Origin: Balanoglossus misakiensis
Taxonomy: Eukaryota > Animalia > Hemichordata
Direction: 5' to 3'
DNA: 64,000 nt
Assembly (NCBI GenBank): GCA_040954595.2
Contig: CM082589.2
Coordinates: 1,789,910-1,853,909 of the forward strand
The notes beneath the pieces were generated by a model. That model was not told where the DNA came from, searched no databases, and saw only the letters and a program-made list of their open reading frames with translations. Shown here one piece after another: positions 1-16,691 of this stretch (position 1 is the first letter of the stretch; each line of letters opens with the position of its first letter). A program made the position numbers and the translations under genes.

Positions 1-6115
<6,115 letters not shown>

Positions 6116-7852
6116 ACCAAGTGGTTTCATTCCTTGGTATCAAAGAATTTAAAGTCATTTTTATATTCTAGACATTTACCTCCATGTTAGACATGTATTT
6201 CATACAAGACAATTTGAAATAACTTTTTTTTAAATTTTTGTTGCCAATCTGAACTTATTTCAAAGGATCATATATTAAAAGGATATAGCTTGTCATTTTG
6301 GAGACATTACCTTATGTCAACGCTAAAACCAAATTTTTCATGCAAGTTCTTTTGTCTGTGCCCTAAGTGCTATTGTAAGGGATCCCTGAAATAAACCTGA
6401 TAAAATGATGCACATTTTTTAAAAGTTACTAATGTGTTATCATCACTTGCGCAAAATGAAAGAGAGGGAAAAGCTTGTTCTGGGGCGAAATACTTAGTGG
6501 GTAAAAGTTTCCATGCAGCATCAGATATTTGAATATTACACCTGGCTAGAGAATAACTGACATTGCCAGTTAGATTTGAGAAATGACTATGCAAATGAAG
6601 ACATTGTTTAGATCTTCAGCGAGTCTTCCATCAGCATTTATTTGTGTGGTATCGGTACTTAATTGTCTTTGCATAGGTGTCATTTATTTGCCCTGTTCGT
6701 GCAAATTAAGAGGTCCCCTTACGAAGTTGTTTTCTTCAAGTGCCTGCTGCAGACCTCAGCATATCCTAAACAGAGTGTAACTGTTTCAGGTCATCACAAA
6801 GTGCATGACCGCGGTGCTAAGAATGCATTTTCACTGTGCTTTGCAATAATATCAAAGACTCAGCTCAGTCAAGAATCAAGATTTCCAAGTCATCAAAACA
6901 GTGCTCTCACTGCACATGTAAATACAAATATCTGATGCTATCATGAAAACGTGCTCTAGATTTTTCTGGCGTGAAATGTATCACTTATGCAGCAACTTTG
7001 AACAATTCAAACTCAACGTGTTATAGCGGACCTAAGGATAGAACAATTGCATTTATTTGTAATATTGATATATATACTGTTAATGTTTTTGATTCGCCAG
7101 TTACCGTGGAAATGCTGGTGTATGGAAACACTGATTTTGGTGCTTTCAGATACATGCACATACTTTCCTTACTCTACAACCCCCTATTTTCGCAATCAGG
7201 AATTGTGGCTTTTACCCATTTCACTTCCAGCTGTGGGTTGTGCCATTTAGTTAAGGGGGTGAAGGGATTTGAAGAGACACTATCTGCTTGGAGTTTGTTT
7301 CATTTTAAGACTTACAGACTATTTTTGTGCATGAACTTGTAGTGTGTTGTACAAGCACTGTAAAAAGACTTGTTTTGTAGTACAGAATAGCCATATCAGA
7401 CTATAAGCAAGTGTTATGTACGAGCAAACAGTTTTGAAGTGTAGCTGAAAAAAAGCACCGGCCAGCTCCTGTTACTGATTGAGCGTTTGTCCAAAATTCT
7501 TTTGAAGTTGGACAAGTGTACTATGGATATATATCACTATGCTTTGAAGTTTTTGTGAACTACTAAGGTTCAATATTACAGATATTGGATAACTAGAAAA
7601 GATATGATGCAATATAGTAAAGAAATCTATAATCAGTGAGAAGATACTTGTATTAAAATGTTCAAATTGTTAGAGAATCGCGCCCTCAGTGGTCAATACC
7701 CATTTTTTCCTGTATCCTACATGTATGTTAATGTAAAGGGTTATACATTGTTTGACTGTGAAGATTTTTATTGAAATAAAAACTACTGCAGCGTTATCAA
7801 GATTCTTTTGTCTGTTTTGACTTTTAAAAAGATGACAATCTTGAAGGAATAC

Positions 7853-7875
7853 TGTGTGTGTGTGTGTGTGTGTGT
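7853..7875. repeat. (TG)n microsatellite in the PTER 3' UTR region
   Basis: Perfect TG run. Confidence 0.85.
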
Positions 7876-7926
7876 ACCTACAATCACACATCTTCATGAA
7901 GCTGAACATTTGAACTTGGTGGTAGT

Positions 7927-10235
7927 TCATTTGAAGGTCAGCCATCGTCTCGGATTGTCGATCAGAATTTTATTGATGGTTTCTTGATCCAGCCCTCTCC
8001 TTAACATCTTCGGCACAACGTTGAGCAGGATGTGAGAGTATCCATGACCACCAAACTGCGTCTGTAACCATGACGACAAGACTCAAATGAACCACACAGA
8101 GAATACACCAGTCAGTTGTAGTCATATTTACATGAATGCTGTCAATTTTCATAAACTTGAGAAATATACTTGCCAGTCGATGTCTTGTGTGTACATCATG
8201 TGCAATGACAATCCTATCTGAAAGTCCTTCATCGGTGAGTTTCTTGATAATTTTAATTCTCTGTGCATCATTAAGAAAATCAATGTCATTGCCATCCCAA
8301 TTGGATGTCTCGAGACCAAAGAAGTCCAACTCCAGATATGTTCCCAGTTCTGCAAATTCTAAGAAGTCTTCGGGAGTGAAGAAAGTATCTAAAAGTTGAG
8401 AAAAGAATAAAGGTATGGGCAGTTTCATCATAATGTTTTCTATGATAAAGTTGGACCTCTATAGAGGGAACTGGGGGTGAAAGGGTTATAGTTTGTTCCC
8501 CTGGTGAAGAAGTTGTGAAATCAAATGAACTCACAGTCAAGATGTGACATCACTGTTTTCTCGGAAATCCCCCCAGCTTCCTGGAATATCCTCATGATGT
8601 CATACGGACATTCCTTGAAATCTTCAGGATGAAAAATCACTGGACAGCCGAGCTGATTCTGAGCTGAAGCAGTGGCCCTTATGATTGTCTTCTCTACCTC
8701 TGAATAAAAAGGTGAAACAAGAAAGTGCTTCTTTGACATACAGTGTATTCCCAAATATTTTGACTTATGAATTTGAAGATACATCTCATGATTGCTCAGA
8801 TCATCAAGAGTGTCTTCAATATCCATTCCTATGGAATCTAACTTCAAAATAATTTAAATCAAATCTCTGACCTGTGATTGGATGACAGCTCGCCACTTCA
8901 CCAATCACACCACACCTGATGTCTGTCCCATCAGCTCCTTCCGTAATGTCTCTGACCAACATGGCTGTCACTTCTTCCTCTGTTTTCTGATTCAGTGTCG
9001 ACAAGACCTCGCTCTCTGATCTCACTACAGACACTTCAGCACCGGGCAGATAAAATCCTGCCAATTTTAAAACAAAAATGGATTGATTTTCAAATAGAAT
9101 TGTTAAACCCCCCCCCCCCTTTCACATAATCAAAGCATTTTCAAGCAATATCAACTTCATTCTTGATACATAATTTAAAAAAATAGTATGATATTCTTGC
9201 CTGTGCCAGATATGATTTGGACACCAGTTAACTCAGATATTTCTTTCAGTTTCTTGATATTTCTACCAATACCTAAGGTCGTACACTCGACAACAGAACT
9301 GCCACCATTTTTCTTGAAGAACTTCAAATCTTCAATCACCGCCTTATTCCAGTCTTCGCCATGCAATCTTAAATTTTCCATGTTGCTGTACCTGTCATTT
9401 GTTATGGAAACTTTGTGAAAAAATATTATTTCCATGATCTACAAACTGCCCCTCTCCCCAATTTCACTGTTCATGGTACACCCCTAATTGTACTAGCATT
9501 GACCCTCACAAAGGATAGGATTGCACCATGATATTATAGGGGTGACCAGGTATGGTACTTACGGGTGTTCCCTGACCAACGCATTATTTTTCAAAGTCAG
9601 TGGTTCTTGAGCCATCAGACGCACGGCTTCTTTGTCCACATCGATGAAGAAACACTCATAGTTCATTATCACATGTTCATGTGTGTGAGTGATGCCTAGT
9701 TTATCTGGGGATATCGGACCAGTGACTACAAAGAAAATTCGTAATTAAATTTACTCAAACGAGCAAAGTAATAGTGCTTTTATGAGGTCAGACGGCGTGT
9801 TAATACGAGGTGAACATACGATGGATGTGCAGTCCAGATCTAGAATCTGGGATGGGATGCGTAACATACGTGATGTCACGTACGCGTACATCACCATTGG
9901 AAACTGCGTTCATGTAGCTTTGAGTTCGTGTCTGATTGTGGCGTCTGTACATTGATGTGTATATGTATATGGACCAAGTAAAACCCTTGGTTACGAAGCT
10001 TAAAATGAAGGTACCAGTTGTAGAACCCAACACAACCCCTGCCTTGTAAGCGTGCATGGCGAGGGAGTGTTGTGGGCGTGGTCCCACAACAACCACACGA
10101 GTTGACCTTGCAAACTGACTCTATTTCCATGATCTGCCTGCCTAGACATTAGCTTTATCTCTAGACATAATTACACAATTTCAAAGACGATAACTTACCC
10201 GTGAGAATTTTCCCGCTGAGAGACTCTGACGCCAT
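7927..10235 (-). CDS. PTER: Phosphotriesterase-related protein (amidohydrolase), 7 exons
   Basis: Exon 1 is 10235-10199 ([12 protein letters not shown]). Exon 2 is 9725-9563 ([16 protein letters not shown]). Later exons give [63 protein letters not shown] and NPRRWLTFK* (TGA at 7929-7927). Binuclear metal ligands HxH, E, H, H and D are all present. Confidence 0.93.
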
Positions 10236-10977
10236 GATCAACGGCACCACCCACGAAACCAGAAATGATCAATGCTTTAGCTAAAAACACAATCGAGCGC
10301 ACGGTCAAGGTCACCGCAGGTCACAATTCGTGGGCTACACGTGCTGTGCGCGAATCACAATCCAGGCTTTTTGATAGTAAGCAAGTAGGATACCATCATA
10401 AAAACGGAAAATGTGTTATTTGTGGATATGATATTTTAGCCCAAGTGGTGATGGTGTTTTTATAAACTGAAAAGTCGCTGCAATGATAGAAGTAGCACAA
10501 AACATAATGATATTAAGAATAAGTCCATGGGACAGTTTATTACCAGAGGAAATACAAATAATTGATAAAGTTCAGTGTCAGTTTCCTTTACACTTTGCAT
10601 TTCAATGATGCCACTATTAATTACATTGAAGACCAATTCAATACATAGGGTTATCTCTCTGTGATGAGCAAAATTAAAAATGTCAATGCACAATATTACA
10701 GGAGCTAGTATTTTCTAAGCTCTTAACTGTTTGTGCTATATTGTATATGAGATTGGAAAAAGATAACTTCCAACATTTACTATTTGGGGAAATAAAATAT
10801 GTTCTAACAAGGCCGAGTATTCTGCGCTTTTGTTTATTAATGCCAAACACAGAGGGCGCTGACCACAGGGGCGCGGTTCCAACAAGGCAGCCAACATCTG
10901 CCACTTCATGTATGCTATCTATCAAAATGCAGCCAAATATCCACACAAAGACACAAGTGCATCAGATCCTGTGATCT

Positions 10978-12795
10978 CTATGAATGCAAAGCTCTGTTGA
11001 AGTCATTGTATGACGATTCTAAATCGAACAACATTTGTCTGACTTGGTCTTCGTTAAGTTCATCAGATGCGGTCATGTTGCCTAGTGTTTGTAACCTAGT
11101 AGAAAAGAAATAAAAAGACAAAATGTAAGATTTTAAGAAATGGAGAACAATTGCTTACGTGAATTTTATTCAAATCGATAGTACATGTACATGTCGATAT
11201 GGTGTTACTACTTGCGAAAGAAAAACATGCACAGATCCGATGTTATTTAAACCTACCATTTCGTAACTTTTGGCTTTCCTTCAAAATCCCCCGGAAGTGA
11301 ACTCATTCTGTTCACAGTCTCCATCAATTCCCTGAGATCCGGTTGGAGTTCATCGTTAGCTTTGATATCCAGTCTCAGTTTATCCATAATGGTGATAAAT
11401 AACTGCACAGAAAAGACATAGTTCAGTTATAGTCTGTTATCTATTCTGGTGAAAGTTTACCAAGCAGGATTATTCACACTGATTTTGGCACAACACTACA
11501 AGACTTGGAGGTTATACACTTACTGAAACAATATCTGCAATACATTTACTTGTGTTGCCTTTGTCATCTTTAATTGTGATTGGCCGGTCTTCTTTTATTC
11601 TCTCCATGGCTGCAGGACAATCCAACTGAACGGGAGACAAGTAAGATGTAATTCAGACTTCACACCCAGAATTAATATACAGTACCAAGATATCTAACCA
11701 TTTCACACTACCATGGTTCAGTTCATACCCATTCATTCTATTCTATCCTTGGCTGCCACAGAGCCTCGGAAACAGTTCTATACTTACTCTGAATTTTCGA
11801 CAGAATTCTTCAACAGTCTGATATTCTGAACTCTGAACTTGTTTAAACGCTGCTTTGTATTGCACTAGGAGCCTGGAACACGATGCTGTATACCTGGCAA
11901 TGCAAATGTTTCAGATGTTTTTAAACTCAAGGTGCATGCTATAAGGTTGCTTTTCAACTAATCAACTCAATGCAATGTAATGTGATAATTTGAAAGAACT
12001 GTCTCGTCTTGAAGCTGGCCCACTTCTCAGACACTTACTCTTTTGAAGACACTGCATCTTTGATGTACATTTTCTCTAGATTTTGGAGCGTGTTTATCAC
12101 AGCAAACAGTTCAGATAAATTGTCATATTTTTCGCGCTCTCTTGCATTTCTATGTAGTTTTACCTCCTGTGTAAAACAGAAAAGAAAGGTACAATAATGG
12201 AAAGTACATCGAAAACTTTCTAAATTTAATACACCATGTCTATACCCAATGGATCTGGTTCTCTTAGTGGACACGACTATACCCCATGGGCGATACAATG
12301 GTTTTTAGGGTTAGGGTTAGGAGGGTTAGGGTTAGGGTTAAACTCACCCTCACATTGCCACCCCTAACCCTCCTAACCCTAACCCTAACTCACCCTCATT
12401 GCCATGGTATCGTTGCCATGGGGTAGAGTCGTGTCCACTAAGAGAACCAGATCCTACCCAATACCAAAGCATTAGATCCGTAGAATTGTACTAACCTCAT
12501 AAAGCTCTGGTCTATTTGCCCCTGAAACAGAAGAAAACATTTCTCCTTATTAGTATATATTTAGAATTAAGAGCTATTAGTAGTTTAGTAAGGACATGAT
12601 CGAGACACGGTCGTTTGCTTGAGACAACCCGGAATCATTTAGATCGCCACTAGCGACTGTGTGTGATTGTGAGTCATCATCATAACACAAGAAAACATTT
12701 AAAAACGTCAGCCACTAAAATAGTAACGAATATCCAAACGGCAAACTTCCATTATAATACTTACCTTGGGTTTGTGATGGAACACCCATAAACAT
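10978..12795 (-). CDS. VPS28: ESCRT-I subunit VPS28
   Basis: Spliced protein reads [72 protein letters not shown]...[21 protein letters not shown]...[10 protein letters not shown]...[22 protein letters not shown] (TAG at 10980-10978). Splice sites are canonical. Confidence 0.95.
12251..12454. mobile_element. 204-bp MITE in VPS28 intron 2 with long TIRs, an 8-bp TSD and internal (TTAGGG)n/(CCCTAA)n tracts
   Basis: The left end GGATCTGGTTCTCTTAGTGGACACGACT is the exact reverse complement of the right end AGTCGTGTCCACTAAGAGAACCAGATCC. TACCCAAT is duplicated at 12243-12250 and 12455-12462. Confidence 0.9.
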
Positions 12796-13348
12796 TGTTG
12801 AAACGGTGAGATTTTATGTCCAGTTATGAGAAAGCAGATCCTTCAGTACATTCTGTCAGTATCAACTTCCGGGGGTATCCCCATGACGTCATTTGGCTTG
12901 TTAGACAAGATTTAGCAGCCTTTAACCTTTAACCTCTACAACATTTCCTTTCGCGACACAGGCTTCATTATTGCAAAAAACATCATTTCTGTTTGTCTGA
13001 AGCCGTATACAGTCCAAGCACGTTTGGCTTCTTACGCGCTATGCATAAATTGTCGCTCACATTACAGGAAATGCAAACGTTATTTGCCGTTCTTACACGC
13101 CCCAGAGTGACGTCATATAGGCGGGAGTTCCCAATGTTAATATCCGAGAGAAACAGAACAACCGTGGTTGAGTGTGTTTATGTATGTAGGCGCTTATAAT
13201 TCACCTGTCTGCCAATGGATAGTGCATGAACAAACAGTTTGTAACACGATGGAGAACTCCTGTCTGTAAGCGTCGCGTTGTCATTGACCACATTCCGAAA
13301 TTTCAACTCAATTTCTCAAACCCCTGTGAACTGTTTACATCCAAAAAG
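12796..13348. promoter_or_regulatory. Bidirectional promoter region VPS28/NSMCE1
   Basis: Divergent ATGs about 550 bp apart. ETS-like ACTTCCGG at 12865-12872. Two perfect CRE palindromes TGACGTCA at 12884-12891 and 13108-13115. Confidence 0.65.
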
Positions 13349-15023
13349 ATGGCTACAATGAAGAAAATCCATCGACTTGGAATTCAGAGTTTCCTCTCAA
13401 AAGGTGTGATGACACCAGCCGAGGTCAAGGACCTGTATAACTTCTGCTGCAAGAAATATGGGGGTAAGGTTGCTTTAGATGTATTGGGGACAGAACAGCT
13501 AGAATGGGTCAAATATCATGCATTTCAGAAAAATAACCCAGTGTTTTCTTTCTTTATTCTCGGTCATAACATGGTTGTTACAGAGACTGATTCTGGAGTC
13601 TCGGAGTTCATTCTGACCATCAACCGGAATATTCACCCCTTTTCCATGGAAATAAGGGAGGGAATAGAAGAAGATAATGGAACACATGTGTATGCACTGG
13701 TAAGATCAAATTCTTGTGTAAACTACAAGATTTGAGGGTATCAGTATGTAAATGACAAGTGTGTAGTTTGTATAATTTCGTTTTCACTTGTGAACTGTTG
13801 CTGTTTCTTCATAAGATTTTTTTTTGAAATTTTGCTCCTAGGTTCGGACATCAGAATCAGATCTGGGTAAACTCTCCAATGACTACCAACAGAATGAACT
13901 AGAGCTTTTCAAGAAAACAGTAAGTTTTGAAAATGTTCATTTTGACTATGCTGGGAAATCACTCAGAAAATGTATCCACAAAATATAATGTATCATTTCT
14001 ATTGACCTAAACAATGAACTTTAGCCTTTATTGTAATGCGTTCATTTGCCAACAGACTGACTTGATTGTCCAATCAGAAGCTGGCGTGGCATCCTCGACA
14101 GACATCCTAAACTTGAACGTGAAAAAGATGACCAAAGTGGAAGCACAGGCGACCTTGAAGAAGTTCATCAAGGATAAATGGCTGACAGAGGTGAGACAAT
14201 GCCCAAAGCCAGCCAAAGATGATTCCATGAAAACTGAATACATCTGAAAACAAACATACCAGTCCAGTTCAAACCAGTCCACTTCATGTTGATTTGTGAA
14301 ACCCTCATATTTTCCAGAACCAAGGCGAAGTATCTCTCAGTGCAAGATCGATAATGGAATTAGAGTCTTTGCTCAAAGAGACTTATGAAGACGCCATTTC
14401 CTACTGCAATATGTGCAAGACTATTGTCCTAAAGGTATATATCTACTTTAGTGATGTGGTTGTACTTATAGTGACAAGAGTAAAGGTGTAGTATATGGCC
14501 AGAAGTTACCCTCTTGGACGATAATTTTCATCACAAAACTTTTGTAGGCTACAAAACTACAATCTTGGCAGGGAAGTGTGGAAAACTTATTTCTAATCTC
14601 TATACATGTTACTTGACAGGGTAAGTGTTGTGTGAACTGTGATGTCAAGATACACAACCACTGCGCTGTCCGTCTCTTTCGTGGAAGGAGTTCCCCAACA
14701 TGTCCAGGATGTGCATCACCATGGCAACAGAGTGCTCCAGATGAAACTAGCCAGGGTCTGTATTTCCTATATTCACATTTTGTTGACCTTTATGTGACCT
14801 TTACATCCTGGCATTTTGTTGGTAGGAGTTTAAACTCTGTAACAATCAACCATAAAATTGAATGTGTGCGCTCTAACTAATCCTTAAAATGCCAGACAAT
14901 TTTCCAGAAGCTGAAAACTTATTTTTAAAGTTTGTGATGTTCTTTCATCCGACAGAAATGAATGGTGAGCTTGATGATGAGCCGGAACCAGGTCCGTCTC
15001 GAAGGAGGCAAAGAAGACGTTAA
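13349..15023 (+). CDS. NSMCE1: SMC5/6 complex subunit NSE1 (RING-type E3 ligase)
   Basis: Protein reads [19 protein letters not shown]...[25 protein letters not shown]...[11 protein letters not shown]...[15 protein letters not shown]...[10 protein letters not shown]. It ends in an NSE1-type RING ([25 protein letters not shown]...CPGC) and a terminal exon with TAA at 15021-15023. Confidence 0.9.
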
Positions 15024-16691
15024 CCCTTTTGTGACATCCTACTTCTAAATGACGCCAAAGGTCACCTGGGGGTCAGGATACAGAGCATTGCTTTCTGGTC
15101 GTACTACCTGAGCCCTGTGACCTGCAGCTGACATCATGGCACATTATCAGTTGGCGATATTCCAAGCTCCATGGGAGGACATTCTCATGTGACTTAGAAC
15201 AGTTCTGAGAACAATCATGTTCCATCTTTAGTTTTTTGATGTTTTGTAATTGCTTGATTCAATCTTTTTCAACCAGTTTATATTAAAATGTAATTTGAAA
15301 GCAAACTGCCTCTCCATGTGTAACTTACTTATTTCCTTAAATATTTCATTAATGGAGGTTACATGTCAATATATTTTGGTGTTTGTTATAATAATGTGTG
15401 GCAAATAATTCTATGTAAGGGCCAATCAATCCTATTTCACTTGCCCACTCAACTTGATAAGGACCACTTGAAAAGTCTATGGTTGCCTGTGCACATACAT
15501 GTACATGTATAGCCTTCTTCAGTCATTTTGGAATGACCTGACCCGATTTACCCCCTCCCCCGCCCCCGCGCCCCAGTTCCCTATTTAGATGTCCTACTTA
15601 ACCATAGGAAACAATGGGGTTGCACTGGTGGACCCATGATTGTACAGTGGTACATTGAGCGGTCACATGATATGCATGAGTGGGCGTATCAATATTGAAA
15701 CTTTTCAGTCCAGCTGAAGAGATGGGCAAAGTCTTTTCCAGTGGGTGGCAGTGACAGGCAGCTGATAACAGAAATGGACGAATACCAACACTATAAATGG
15801 TCCTATTTTTCAAGCAAAGAATTGTTTCATTCTGATGATGTCAGTTTTGCGAGCGAAACTCATGATCGATCAACCAACTCAGTCATGTGACACAAAAGAG
15901 TCCACATAGCCTCAGTCGAAATCAAACGGTGTGACAACGCATCATCAAATCGCTTTCATAAAACTTTGAAACCATGGTAACCCATCGAGAGCAAGATAAA
16001 ACTGTTGTACCGAAGACTTTGCCATCGTATGCAACTTTACTTGGAATTGGCCAGTGTCTTTGAATCTGTGGCACCATGGTAGAGCATACTGGCACTGGCA
16101 ATAATTTGTTTTTCAATTTATACTTCTTTCGGCGAACTTATGCAAGGAAACTGGAATCCGTGTAAACCGTGGCTGTATACAGTTAAATAAAACTAGAAGT
16201 CTACTTCAAGTTTGAGTCAGCCATTTAAGTTGTAAATTTGCCAAATGCAAAGACGGGTCCCTAATGAAATTTTACCACCCAATGCTACTTTTTATACAGA
16301 TTTAAGAGACCAGATAAGAACACTTGTCGTCCATAAACACAGAGTCATGTGGGATGATGGCATACTGTAGTCGAAAGGTTGACTTTGTGGTTGAACATTA
16401 ACTTGAGAAGGCTTATACCTGTATAATGTAAAATACCGATATTAACAGAAATGGGAGTATATGATATCAGATAGACTCTATAGCAGTCGCTGTGTCTGTC
16501 GATAACAATTGAACTTTCATCATACTGCGTACGGTGTGAGGTAATTAGATGCGTGTCGTTTCCTCTCTCGTTTCCTACAAAAGCTACCTGCACCGGTACT
16601 TTTGTCAGTCATTATCATTCGATCGGAACGACGAGAAGTTGCTGCCAAAAGTACTGACCCAGCCGTTCTCGTCTAACTGAGAGATTCAACC

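Noticed and set aside
9800-10130. Overlapping minus-strand ORFs in PTER intron 1
   Set aside because: No PTER similarity or other domain. Exon 1 joins exon 2 in frame without them.
12305-12389. TTAGGG/CCCTAA tracts as a chromosome end or fusion site
   Set aside because: They are short and enclosed by TIRs and a TSD, so they belong to a MITE.
15800-16690. NF-kB or IRF sites upstream of the TLR
   Set aside because: Only partial GAAA or GGAA matches; no convincing consensus.
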